Program-made: the position numbers and the translations under genes
In this document: in pieces, positions 28,773-37,854 of the stretch
Layout of the letters: each line of letters begins with the position of its first letter
Position numbering within the stretch: position 1 is the stretch's first letter
The notes under the pieces: generated by a model
The model's database searches: none
What the model was told of the DNA's origin: nothing
Seen by the model: only the letters and a program-made list of their open reading frames with translations
Source: Candidatus Nomurabacteria bacterium
Lineage (GTDB): Bacteria; Patescibacteriota; Minisyncoccia; Phycocordibacterales; UBA9973
Direction: 5' to 3'
Assembly: GCA_026395915.1 (NCBI GenBank)
Contig: JAPLXU010000011.1
Location: 15,688-79,687 of the forward strand
Length of the DNA: 64,000 nucleotides

Positions 28773-29738
28773 GTGTATAATAGAGAAATGATCTACGATT
28801 TAATAATAATCGGAGGCGGACCTGCTGGCACGGCGGCAGCTGTTTACGCTTCTCGTAAAAGACTGCAGACGCTTTTTATAACGTCTGAATGGGGCGGGCA
28901 ATCTATTGTGTCTGAGAAAATTTACAACTGGATCGGGACGAATTCCCTCTCCGGCAACGAACTCGCGGAAAATTTTAAAAAACATGTGCTCGCAAACTCC
29001 GCGAACGCGGAAAATACAAATTCCACTTTAGAAATAAAAGAGGGAGAAAAAGTCGTCTCTTTATCAAGGACTCCTCTTGATAAATCTTTCAATGTCAAGA
29101 CGGAATCCGATGAAGAGTTTTCAGCAAAAACGATTTTGATAGCGAGTGGTAGTGGAAGAAGAAAACTTGAAGCAAAAAACGCCGACAAACTTGAACATAA
29201 AGGACTCACCTATTGCGCCTCTTGTGACGGACCTCTCTTTGAAAGCATGGACGTCGCCGTCATTGGTGGAGGCAATGCTGCCTTTGAAAGCGCCGCTCAA
29301 CTCCTAGCTTATTGCAAATCTGTAACACTCATTCATCGCAGTGACACTTTCCGCGCCGACGAAATCACAGTGGAAAAAATTTTGGCAAACCCAAAAATGA
29401 AAGCTGTCAAAAACGCGGAAATCCTAGAAGTGCAAGGCGAAAAATTTGTGGAAGGAATAGTTTATAAAGACAAAATTTCCGGAAAAGAAATAGAACTCAA
29501 AGTCTCTGGCATTTTTGTAGAAATAGGTCAGATTCCGAACACCAGTTTCGCAAAAGACCTTGTTCCGCTTGATGAAATAGGAAGAATAAAAATCGACGCT
29601 TGGACGCAAAAAACGGAAATTCCTGGCATTTGGGCAGCTGGAGATTGCACTAACGTTCTCTATCATCAGAACAACATAGCTGCCGGCGATGCTGTCCGCG
29701 CTCTTGAGGATATTTATTTGCACATACACACAAAATAA
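28773..29738 (+). CDS. trxB: Thioredoxin-disulfide reductase
   Basis: 321 aa. FAD motif IIGGGPAGTAA, redox CASCDG, NADPH motif GGGNAA. Confidence 0.9.
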   Translation: MYNREMIYDLIIIGGGPAGTAAAVYASRKRLQTLFITSEWGGQSIVSEKIYNWIGTNSLSGNELAENFKKHVLANSANAENTNSTLEIKEGEKVVSLSRTPLDKSFNVKTESDEEFSAKTILIASGSGRRKLEAKNADKLEHKGLTYCASCDGPLFESMDVAVIGGGNAAFESAAQLLAYCKSVTLIHRSDTFRADEITVEKILANPKMKAVKNAEILEVQGEKFVEGIVYKDKISGKEIELKVSGIFVEIGQIPNTSFAKDLVPLDEIGRIKIDAWTQKTEIPGIWAAGDCTNVLYHQNNIAAGDAVRALEDIYLHIHTK

Positions 29739-29970
29739 ATACTTTTCAAAATCAAACTTTTGAACTTGCAACTATTTTTGAATTAGAATATAATTTTAAT
29801 ACTGTTAAATGTTGGAAATGAGGTTAGATTCCTCTACTGTGCCGCAACGGTAAACTTTTGTGCCGCCTTCGCCCTATGGGCTTCGACGGCCGAAGTAGTC
29901 CGGTCTTCATTTAGCAGAGCTTCCGAGCAGAAGATTTTTTCATAGAATTTTATGATATCTTCCCGCTCAA

Positions 29971-30420
29971 TTGATGGAGGATTTTTTTATGAAAAAACGA
30001 CAAAGAAAATTACATATCAATCTTTCCATTTCCATATTTTTCGTTATTTTACTTTTTTTAATTTTTTATTTAGTTCAAACCACCTATTCCATACCAAAAA
30101 TCGGAACGCCCATAGTTAATCAAGAAGCGAGCAAAGATGATAACACTGCCACTATTTTAATTGGTAATTCTAAAACTAATCTATTATTTTCTGTTGGTAC
30201 ATCTCTTTATAACGCTCTAACACAACAAAAAAATGCTGGAAAAATAACGTTTTCCGGAAAAAACTACCCTAGCTTAGGCTTTTTTGTGACAGATATAGGT
30301 ACACTTCACGCAAACAATGGAAAAAATCTTATTTATTATATTAATGGGAAAGAAGCATCTGTCGGCGTTTCTTCCTACATGCTCAAAGATGGAGACATCA
30401 TTGAGTGGAAATTAGAGTAG
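29971..30420 (+). CDS. DUF4430 (transcobalamin beta-domain-like) protein, membrane-anchored or secreted
   Basis: N-terminal TM/signal. The C-terminal about 90 aa match the DUF4430 pattern (TFSGKNYPSLGFFVTDIG...YYINGKEASVGVSSYMLKDGDIIEWK). Confidence 0.7.
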   Translation: MMEDFFMKKRQRKLHINLSISIFFVILLFLIFYLVQTTYSIPKIGTPIVNQEASKDDNTATILIGNSKTNLLFSVGTSLYNALTQQKNAGKITFSGKNYPSLGFFVTDIGTLHANNGKNLIYYINGKEASVGVSSYMLKDGDIIEWKLE

Positions 30421-30428
30421 TTTTATTT

Positions 30429-33041
30429 ATGAAAAAAATACTTAGTTTCGGGTTTCTGTTTGTGTTAGCTTTTGGTTTTGGAAGCTTTACAAATTTATAT
30501 GCAGAGAATGATACAACTCCGCCGATAGGAACAATATTAATAAATGGTGGAGCATTATACACAAATACTCGAAATGTAATACTGACTCTTTCTGCAACAG
30601 ACGATCTTTCTGCCGTTACTGAAATGAAAATTGCGAACTATACTTCTTATCATGATCTAGAACCATATGTAACATCAAAAAACTGGGAACTAACCAACGG
30701 AGACGGATTAAAAACTGTGAGGGTTAAATTTAAAGACCAGGCAGGAAATGAAACTGCCACCGGAATTTCTGCAACCATAACCTTAGACACTATTGCCCCA
30801 GTTATAAATTTAACTGGTCTAAGCACTATCAATTTAAATGTTGGTGGTACTTATACAGAACTCGGAGCAACAGTAATTGATGCAGATACTTCTGTTTCTA
30901 TTATAATCACCGGTCCAGTTGACACAACAACTGCTGGAACTTATACAATTCGTTACAATGCTTCTGACACAGCAGGAAATAAAGCAACAGAAGTTACTAG
31001 AACGATTAATGTCACTGCAATGCCGACACCAGTTCCAATCCATCTTGATATTGAAGCATCTGACGGTCCAATCTATAATCAAGATATTACAGTGGCTCCT
31101 TGCAATAGTGATGGCAATGGAATTATGAAAATAACTGCATATTGCGCGCTTGCACAATCTAACATTCCAAGCATTTGGTCTGGACTATGGATTGATTCAA
31201 TTGGTGGAAAAGTGAACAATGATAATAACAATGGAGCATTCTGGATGTGGCTTGTAAATCTAAATATAAATAATCCTTATTCTGATTCTATATGCCACCA
31301 AGATTCTCCTTTTAGTTGTTCAGCCAAAGAATATATTTTAAATCCGAACGAAAAAATATTATTTTACTACAACACAAATCCCTTAAAAATCTCTGACATC
31401 AATCTTAACCCTGCTGTTGGAAGTAACATCACGATAAGCGTAAAAAAACTGGGTTTAGACGGCTGGAATTCAGTTTGGAATCCCGCAGTTGGCGGAAAAA
31501 TTGTTATAGGAACAAATACTTTTGATCTTGACGACAATGGCTCATACACTTTCACAATTCTCAATACAGATGCGTTTACAATAAAAGGTCAATTGACTGG
31601 TTTCATTGACACACCTCAAATAATAGTCACTCCGACTACTTCTCCTGACACTACTCCTCCCGTTATTTCCATTAACGGTATCAGCCCCATAGATGTCATA
31701 AAAGACACAGTTTATACAGACGCCGGGGCGACAGCAAATGATGCAGTAGATGGTGTACGTACAGTCACCACAACAGGCAATGTCGATGCGACAATTATCG
31801 GCACATATACAATAACTTATACTGCAAGTGATACCTCAAACAATGTTTCAACACTGATGCGCACAGTAAATGTTATAAATCCGCAAGGCAATAGTGGCAG
31901 TATGGCAACAGGCGGGGGTGGAATATATGTAACACCAACTTTCAATATTCAAAATGCCCTAGCTTATCTGAAAGGCGTCCAGAGTTCGGACGGATCTTTC
32001 GGCGGTTCACTTATGTACACAGATTGGGTGGCAATCGCTTTCGGAGCTTCGAGCATCACTGACAGTTCACGCGACAAGATTCTCGCATACTTCAGCTCCA
32101 ACAACACATTAAGTTCCCTTCTAACTGACAATGAGAGACACACTATGGCGCTCCTCGCGCTCGGACAAAATCCATATTCTTTCAACGGCATAAATTATAT
32201 AGGCGCAATCATAAGCAGTTTTGACGGCGTACAATTCGGTGACGCAAATCTTATTAATGACGACGTTTTCGCTCTCATTCCTCTCGCAAATTCTGGCTAC
32301 ACCGCAAACGATGACATTATTGCAAAAGACGTTGCTTTTATAATTTCAAAACAAAAAACCGACGGCTCATGGGAAGAAAGCGTTGACATCACATCGGCAA
32401 CGGTACAAGCTCTGAAGCCTTTTTCTTCGATTGCTAACGTTCCAAGCGCGCTCACGAAAGCCACCGATTATCTCACAAACAAACAAAATAACGATGGTGG
32501 TTTTGGTGATAATAATTTGAGTTCCGTTTATTCGACAAGCTGGGCAATGCAAGAAATGAACGCCCTTTCCGCGTCTTGGACAAAAGGCGGACATACACCT
32601 ATGGATTATTTCGGCGGAAAGCAAGCACTAGATGGCGCAATTCTCCCCTTCTCTGAAATTCCGCAGAATAGAATTTGGGCAACCAGTTATGCGATTCCGG
32701 CTGTTCTCAATAAACCTTGGAGCGCGATTATGCAAAATGTTTCCAAGCCGGGAGTTCAAAATAACGCGAGCACTTCCGTAAACTCAGAACTAGTAGTAGT
32801 TCCAGCACCTGAGACTGTAAAAAAAATAGACACAACTCCAAAAACTAAAATACTAACAGAGGCAGTCTCACAAGATGTAGCGACAGAACCAAATACATCA
32901 GAAATAAATTCTGACACACTAGGAGCGACAGCGGTCAATGCCTTGCCGTCAAAAACTTCCAGCAACGCAATTCCAATAGCTTTAGGTGTCGGCCTTGGTA
33001 TTGCCTTCCTCTACTTCGCCGCAAAAAATATAGCTAAATAA
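30429..33041 (+). CDS. Large cell-surface protein: signal peptide, two DUF5011/Ig-like domains, C-terminal terpenoid-cyclase/prenyltransferase-like alpha-alpha toroid repeats, C-terminal TM anchor
   Basis: Signal peptide MKKILSFGFLFVLAFG. Two TIAPVI/TPPVI...GTYTI.Y.ASDT.GN...R.V.V repeats (DUF5011). Repeated QxxDGSW/GGFG toroid repeats. Ends GVGLGIAFLYFAAKNIAK. Confidence 0.75.
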   Translation: MKKILSFGFLFVLAFGFGSFTNLYAENDTTPPIGTILINGGALYTNTRNVILTLSATDDLSAVTEMKIANYTSYHDLEPYVTSKNWELTNGDGLKTVRVKFKDQAGNETATGISATITLDTIAPVINLTGLSTINLNVGGTYTELGATVIDADTSVSIIITGPVDTTTAGTYTIRYNASDTAGNKATEVTRTINVTAMPTPVPIHLDIEASDGPIYNQDITVAPCNSDGNGIMKITAYCALAQSNIPSIWSGLWIDSIGGKVNNDNNNGAFWMWLVNLNINNPYSDSICHQDSPFSCSAKEYILNPNEKILFYYNTNPLKISDINLNPAVGSNITISVKKLGLDGWNSVWNPAVGGKIVIGTNTFDLDDNGSYTFTILNTDAFTIKGQLTGFIDTPQIIVTPTTSPDTTPPVISINGISPIDVIKDTVYTDAGATANDAVDGVRTVTTTGNVDATIIGTYTITYTASDTSNNVSTLMRTVNVINPQGNSGSMATGGGGIYVTPTFNIQNALAYLKGVQSSDGSFGGSLMYTDWVAIAFGASSITDSSRDKILAYFSSNNTLSSLLTDNERHTMALLALGQNPYSFNGINYIGAIISSFDGVQFGDANLINDDVFALIPLANSGYTANDDIIAKDVAFIISKQKTDGSWEESVDITSATVQALKPFSSIANVPSALTKATDYLTNKQNNDGGFGDNNLSSVYSTSWAMQEMNALSASWTKGGHTPMDYFGGKQALDGAILPFSEIPQNRIWATSYAIPAVLNKPWSAIMQNVSKPGVQNNASTSVNSELVVVPAPETVKKIDTTPKTKILTEAVSQDVATEPNTSEINSDTLGATAVNALPSKTSSNAIPIALGVGLGIAFLYFAAKNIAK

Positions 33042-33059
33042 ATGGCGGAAGGCATGGCG

Positions 33060-33182
33060 CGAAGTTAAAACTTTCATCTTTCGCAAGAACTCTTTCGCAA
33101 GAACGGTTCTTGCGAAAACTCAAGAACGGTTCTTGCGAAAACTGCGAAAACTTGCGAAAACTCTTGCGAAAACTTACTCCGT
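33060..33182. repeat. Tandem/inverted repeat array of TTGCGAAAACT units (bidirectional terminator region)
   Basis: tttcgcaagaac..ggttcttgcgaaaact x2, then gcgaaaact x3. It lies between the surface-protein stop and the tRNA-Ser 3' end. Confidence 0.7.
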
Positions 33183-33187
33183 ACGAA

Positions 33188-33271
33188 GGCGGAGGGTACA
33201 GGACTTGAACCTGTAAGGGATTTCTCCCGCTGGTTTTCGAAACCAGTGCCATACCATTAGGCGAACCCTCC
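33188..33271 (-). tRNA. tRNA-Ser (anticodon CGA)
   Basis: GGAGGGT/ACCCTCC acceptor, 3-bp D stem, anticodon loop TTCGAAA, long variable arm, T-arm ACAGG-TTCAAGT-CCTGT. CCA only partly encoded. Confidence 0.75.
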
Positions 33272-33352
33272 ACTTTTGCACGGGGCCAACCAGTGTCTTT
33301 AATCTAGCATTTTTTGAGATTTTTTCAATTTAGAATTCGAATACACCTTTTT

Positions 33353-33751
33353 TTATTCCGTGGTAACACCGTCAAATTCAGGTCCGTTCGATTCCGCTTC
33401 TTTTTTTGTGGCTCGAACTATGCCGTCTTTGTGATGAGCAGGCGAATAAATGGTGTAGAGTTTCAAATCTTCCGTCGCGGAAGTATTTATAATATTGTGT
33501 TGCGCTCCGGATGGAACGATAATCACCGATCCGTCACCCAAAATATATTCGTTACCGTCGATCACGCACTTCCCTTGCCCGCTTTCGAATCGAAAAAATT
33601 GATCGTTGTCGGTGTGAACTTCCATGCCAATTTCTTCTTTCGGCTTCAAGCACATGAGAACCAACTGACTGTGCTTTCCCGTATAAAGCACCTTGCGGAA
33701 ATTCTTATTTTCTAATGTATCTTTCTCTATGTTTGTGTTAAATCCTTTCAT
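33353..33751 (-). CDS. Cupin domain protein
   Basis: 132 aa. Cupin_2 motifs (G.EVHTDNDQFF...G.G.......Y.L.DGSVIIVPSGAQHNI.N). Confidence 0.7.
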   Translation of the reverse strand: MKGFNTNIEKDTLENKNFRKVLYTGKHSQLVLMCLKPKEEIGMEVHTDNDQFFRFESGQGKCVIDGNEYILGDGSVIIVPSGAQHNIINTSATEDLKLYTIYSPAHHKDGIVRATKKEAESNGPEFDGVTTE

Positions 33752-33786
33752 AATAAATATATTTTAACATTAATAAAATGCGAAAG

Positions 33787-34218
33787 CTAGATAACCGACT
33801 GTTGTCTAGCCTTTAAATACCAAACAGAAAAAACAAAAATAATAATGTAAAAAATAAGCCCGTAAGCGCATGTCGGTAAAACGAGAGTGTAAGCCTTATG
33901 AATTCCAGCGAAAAGGTTCCCTATTTCTGGAATCACAAAATGTCCAGCAAAAAGAATACCCAGAGCAGATACTGTTGTAATAATTATTGATACAATTTTT
34001 TCAGAAGAATTCTTAAAGAGACCAAACAAGGCAAAAGAAAAAATCACGAGAAACATTCCGAAACCGAACCAGCAAGCGGGATATCCGAGAAAATACTGGC
34101 AGGGTTCGTTGAAGGCACAAGCGGAAGTAAAAAGTTTTACAGCGCTTAAATATCCAGAAAACAATAGTCCCGCAAGACCAAGGAAAAACATTGTTTTTAT
34201 ATATGTTGAAGTTTTCAT
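33787..34218 (-). CDS. Hypothetical membrane protein with four TM helices and conserved Cys (possible VKOR/DsbB-like thiol-oxidoreductase)
   Basis: Internal start MKTSTYIK. Cys residues in the first periplasmic-like loop (CAFNEPC, PACW). Confidence 0.4.
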   Translation of the reverse strand: MKTSTYIKTMFFLGLAGLLFSGYLSAVKLFTSACAFNEPCQYFLGYPACWFGFGMFLVIFSFALFGLFKNSSEKIVSIIITTVSALGILFAGHFVIPEIGNLFAGIHKAYTLVLPTCAYGLIFYIIIFVFSVWYLKARQQSVI

Positions 34219-34266
34219 TTTGTTTGTAAAATGATAATGAATAATAGGTTTATTATACCACAAAAC

Positions 34267-34341
34267 TGGTAGCCCTACCGGGAATCGAACCCGGATTAAC
34301 GGATTGAAAACCCGTTGTCCTAACCGTTAGACGATAGGGCC
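34267..34341 (-). tRNA. tRNA-Glu (anticodon TTC)
   Basis: 75 nt. 5' half identical to the tRNA-Glu(CTC) at 15704. Anticodon loop TTTTCAA, T-arm CCGGG-TTCGATT-CCCGG, CCA encoded. Confidence 0.85.
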
Positions 34342-34447
34342 TAATAAAAATATAATAACATTTTTAAAGATAATTGCAAAAACAGACTACCATATTTCCG
34401 CGTTTTGTCCATTGAAAAAATCTCACGACCGAGTATAATCCTTAGAC

Positions 34448-35200
34448 ATGCACGACAAATTAAAAATAATAATTTTGGCGGCCGGCAAAGGCACAAGGAT
34501 GAAAATGGATGAACCAAAAGCCTTGGCAATGTTCAAAGGCAAACCTTTCATAGAGCACATCCTTGAAACGATTAAAAAATTGGATCCAAAAATCAAACCA
34601 ATCATCGTCATAGGTTACAAGAAAGAACAAATCAAAAAAGTATTGGGCGATGAACATATCTACGCAGAACAAACTGAACAACTCGGTACGGGACACGCAG
34701 TTATGTCCGCAAAAAACGTGGTTGGCGAAGATCACGAAATAGTTCTTGTCATTTCTGTAGATCAACCATTAGTTTCAAAAGAAACCCTCAAGCGAATTAT
34801 CACAGTACATACCAAAGAGAAACCGACAATCACACTTGCAACGGTAACAGTTCCAGATTTTGAAGAATGGAGAGTCGGATTAAATCATTTTGGTAGAATA
34901 GTCCGTGGAGGAAATGGACTTATAAAAGGCATTGTAGAGTTCAAAGACGCGAATGTCGAAGAAAGGAAAATCAAAGAATTAAACCCCGCTTTATACGCAT
35001 TCGACGCAAAATGGCTCTGGGACAATATTAAAAAAATAAAAAATGAAAATACACAAGCAGAATATTATCTGACTGACCTGATAAAAATCGCCACAGAACA
35101 AAAAAAGAAAATCGAAACTGTACAAATGGAAAATATTATCGAAGCGCTCCAGCCAAATTGCAAAGAAGAACTGGAGATACTAACAAAAATTGTCTCTTAA
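34448..35200 (+). CDS. Sugar-phosphate nucleotidyltransferase (GlmU N-terminal-domain-like)
   Basis: LAAGKGTRMK and PKAL motifs. 250 aa, pyrophosphorylase domain only. Confidence 0.7.
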   Translation: MHDKLKIIILAAGKGTRMKMDEPKALAMFKGKPFIEHILETIKKLDPKIKPIIVIGYKKEQIKKVLGDEHIYAEQTEQLGTGHAVMSAKNVVGEDHEIVLVISVDQPLVSKETLKRIITVHTKEKPTITLATVTVPDFEEWRVGLNHFGRIVRGGNGLIKGIVEFKDANVEERKIKELNPALYAFDAKWLWDNIKKIKNENTQAEYYLTDLIKIATEQKKKIETVQMENIIEALQPNCKEELEILTKIVS

Positions 35201-35247
35201 TGTAACTTCATTATTAATTCACGTCGTAATAATATAGTGAACAAATT

Positions 35248-36468
35248 ATGCAAAACCCATATCAAAATGCAATGAAGCAGTTAGACAAAGTCGCTAAAGT
35301 TAAAAACTTCAATGATAGTTTCATCGCTCGTTTGAGACAACCTGACAGAGACATCAGAATCTCAATCCCAGTCCAAATGGATGATAAATCTTTAAAAATT
35401 TTTGAAGGATACCGTGTGGAATACAACAACGCGCTCGGACCTTACAAAGGCGGAATCAGATATCACCACGACACTGAAATCAACGAGGTGAAAGCTCTTG
35501 CTTTTTGGATGACGCTCAAATGCGCTGTTGCAAATATTCCTATGGGCGGGGGCAAGGGCGGGATAACAGTTGAGCCGAGAAATTTATCAAAGGGAGAATT
35601 GGAAAGACTTTCTCGTGAATGGGTGCGTAGCCTCTCTGATATTTTGGGACCGCGTAAAGATGTTCCTGCGCCGGATGTGAACACAACGCCGGAAATAATG
35701 ACTTGGATGACGGACGAATACGCAAAAATAACTGGTGACAAAACTAGGGCAACTTTTACCGGCAAACCGATAGAAAAAGGTGGTTCGGAAGGACGCGGGC
35801 CAGCGACTGGCTTGGGTGGATTTTATGTTTTTAACGCGCTTCGCAAAGACCTCAAACTTCCGGAAAAATGTAAAGTTGCGATTCAGGGCTTCGGAAATGT
35901 CGGAAGCAATGCGGCGGAAATTTTTGCTGAACATGGGCATAAAATAATAGCAGTTTCAGATTCGAAAAGCGCGATATTCAACAAAGACGGTCTTGATTTG
36001 AAAAAAGTTCAAGCTCACAAAAAAAGCACGGGCGCTCTGAAAGATTTTCCGGACGCGAAAAATATTACAAATGAAGAATTGCTCGAACTCCCCTGCGACC
36101 TCCTTGTACCTGCTGCTTTTGAAAATGTTATAACCGAACAAAATGCCCGAAAAATAAAAGTCAAAGCCATTCTGGAACTTGCGAATGGTCCCGTGACACC
36201 AGAAGCAGATGAAATCTTGTTTAAAAAAGGCATTCCAGTAATACCGGATGTTTTGGCAAATTCTGGCGGGGTTACTGTGTCATATTTCGAATGGGAACAA
36301 AATCTAAAAAACGAACATTGGACTGAAAAAGAAGTTTTCAAAAAATTAAAACCAATGATGGAAGACGCATCAAAAAAAATATTTGAAGAATCAAAAAAAT
36401 CAAGAACTTCATTGCGTATGGGAGCCTTCATTTTGGCACTTGAAAGAATACAGAAAAAAATGCTATAA
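35248..36468 (+). CDS. gdh: Glutamate dehydrogenase (Glu/Leu/Phe/Val dehydrogenase family)
   Basis: 406 aa. GPYKGGIRYH, active-site GGGKGG, Rossmann GFGNVGS. Confidence 0.9.
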   Translation: MQNPYQNAMKQLDKVAKVKNFNDSFIARLRQPDRDIRISIPVQMDDKSLKIFEGYRVEYNNALGPYKGGIRYHHDTEINEVKALAFWMTLKCAVANIPMGGGKGGITVEPRNLSKGELERLSREWVRSLSDILGPRKDVPAPDVNTTPEIMTWMTDEYAKITGDKTRATFTGKPIEKGGSEGRGPATGLGGFYVFNALRKDLKLPEKCKVAIQGFGNVGSNAAEIFAEHGHKIIAVSDSKSAIFNKDGLDLKKVQAHKKSTGALKDFPDAKNITNEELLELPCDLLVPAAFENVITEQNARKIKVKAILELANGPVTPEADEILFKKGIPVIPDVLANSGGVTVSYFEWEQNLKNEHWTEKEVFKKLKPMMEDASKKIFEESKKSRTSLRMGAFILALERIQKKML

Positions 36469-36480
36469 ATATAAGCATTG

Positions 36481-36552
36481 GCGCGCTTAGCTCAGTGGTA
36501 GAGCGACTTTTTGACGTAAAGTAGGCCGGGGGTTCAATCCCCTCAGCGCGCA
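36481..36552 (+). tRNA. tRNA-Val (anticodon GAC)
   Basis: GCGCGCT/AGCGCGC acceptor, D-arm GCTC-AGTGGTA-GAGC, anticodon loop TTGACGT, T-arm GGGGG-TTCAATC-CCCTC. tsaD begins 2 nt downstream. Confidence 0.8.
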
Positions 36553-36553
36553 C

Positions 36554-37732
36554 ATGAAAATCCTTTCGATCGAAACGTCTTGCGACGATACAGGCATCAG
36601 TATAATGGAAGCAAAAAGAAGCGTCACAGGCGCTTCTTTTCGAGTGTTGGCAAATAATTCAAATTCGCAAATAAATGTCCATATCCCCTACGGAGGAGTC
36701 TATCCTGTGCTTGCTAAACGAGAACACAAAAAAAACTTACCGACCGTTCTCGAAGCAAGTCTGAAAGAAGCGAAGTTAGATAAAGAAAAGAAACCTGTAG
36801 ACGCTATAGCTGTCACTTATGGCCCGGGCTTGGAAATGTGCCTTTGGGAAGGTATCACTTTTGCAAAAGAATTAGCCGAAAAATGGAAAGTGCCTTTGAT
36901 ACCTGTGAATCACATGGAGGGACATATTTTTTCGGTATTTGGAAAAAATAAGGGAAAATTCTCAATACCAAAAATAAAATTTCCAGCTTTATCGCTTTTG
37001 GTTTCTGGTGGACACACGCAACTGGTGCTCATGAAAAAGTTGATGGATTACGAAATAATCGGTGAAACTTTAGACGACGCAGTCGGCGAAGCTTTTGATA
37101 AGGTCGCGAGAATGCTCGAACTCCCCTATCCCGGCGGACCGCAAATCTCAAAATTAGCAGAGGGGTGCAGAGTTAAAGAAAAACAATCTTTGCGGGGTGT
37201 CTCGCAGGCCGACGGGCCGAGAGGCAGCGCTGGGTCAGCAGACCCAGACAGCGACCCCGAAAAGATTAGTTTTTCTTTCACTCTGCCAAGACCCATGCTT
37301 CATAGCAAAGATTTCAATTTCTCTTATGCAGGATTGAAAACCGCGGTGCTTTATTTGATTCGCGATTTGCAAAAAAAAGATTCAAACATTTTACAAAATG
37401 ATAAAATAAAAAAAGCCATAGCATTGGAATTCGAAAACGCCGCAATTGAGTGTCTTGTCAAAAAGACACGAAAGGCCGTAGAAAAATATGGCATAAAAAC
37501 TCTCATCGTGGCTGGTGGGGTGGCATGCAATACGCATCTGCAAAGAGAAATGTCCGCCATAAACGAATCCGCCCCTCGAGGAAAAAAAATCAAAATCTTT
37601 TTTCCGCCGAAAGGTCTCTCGGGAGATAATTCAATAATGATAGGCATAGCAGGATACTTGAATTACATAAAAAATAAGAAAAAAGTCCCGAAACCAAACA
37701 GCATAAAAGCCGTCGGCAACCTGAGACTTTGA
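36554..37732 (+). CDS. tsaD: tRNA N6-adenosine threonylcarbamoyltransferase TsaD
   Basis: MKILSIETSCDDTG, HMEGH and GGVACN motifs. It carries a roughly 30-aa GC-rich in-frame insert (37193-37259). Confidence 0.9.
   Translation: MKILSIETSCDDTGISIMEAKRSVTGASFRVLANNSNSQINVHIPYGGVYPVLAKREHKKNLPTVLEASLKEAKLDKEKKPVDAIAVTYGPGLEMCLWEGITFAKELAEKWKVPLIPVNHMEGHIFSVFGKNKGKFSIPKIKFPALSLLVSGGHTQLVLMKKLMDYEIIGETLDDAVGEAFDKVARMLELPYPGGPQISKLAEGCRVKEKQSLRGVSQADGPRGSAGSADPDSDPEKISFSFTLPRPMLHSKDFNFSYAGLKTAVLYLIRDLQKKDSNILQNDKIKKAIALEFENAAIECLVKKTRKAVEKYGIKTLIVAGGVACNTHLQREMSAINESAPRGKKIKIFFPPKGLSGDNSIMIGIAGYLNYIKNKKKVPKPNSIKAVGNLRL
37193..37259. repeat. GC-rich multi-hairpin palindromic element inserted in-frame in tsaD
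   Basis: CGGGGT-[TCTCG..GGCC-gacg-GGCC..CGAGA]-[CTGGGTC-agca-GACCCAG]-ACCCCG. About 65% GC against a background of about 36%. Encodes SLRGVSQADGPRGSAGSADPDSDP. Confidence 0.75.
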
Positions 37733-37854
37733 GGTTGACCTAAAACTCTTTTAGAGCTAGTGTTAAATCAAATAGTAACCAAGAGCCTAATCAAGGGCTT
37801 GAGGTATGACAAAAGAATAGCGTACTAAACACAGATAACAAACGAAAAAGAAAT

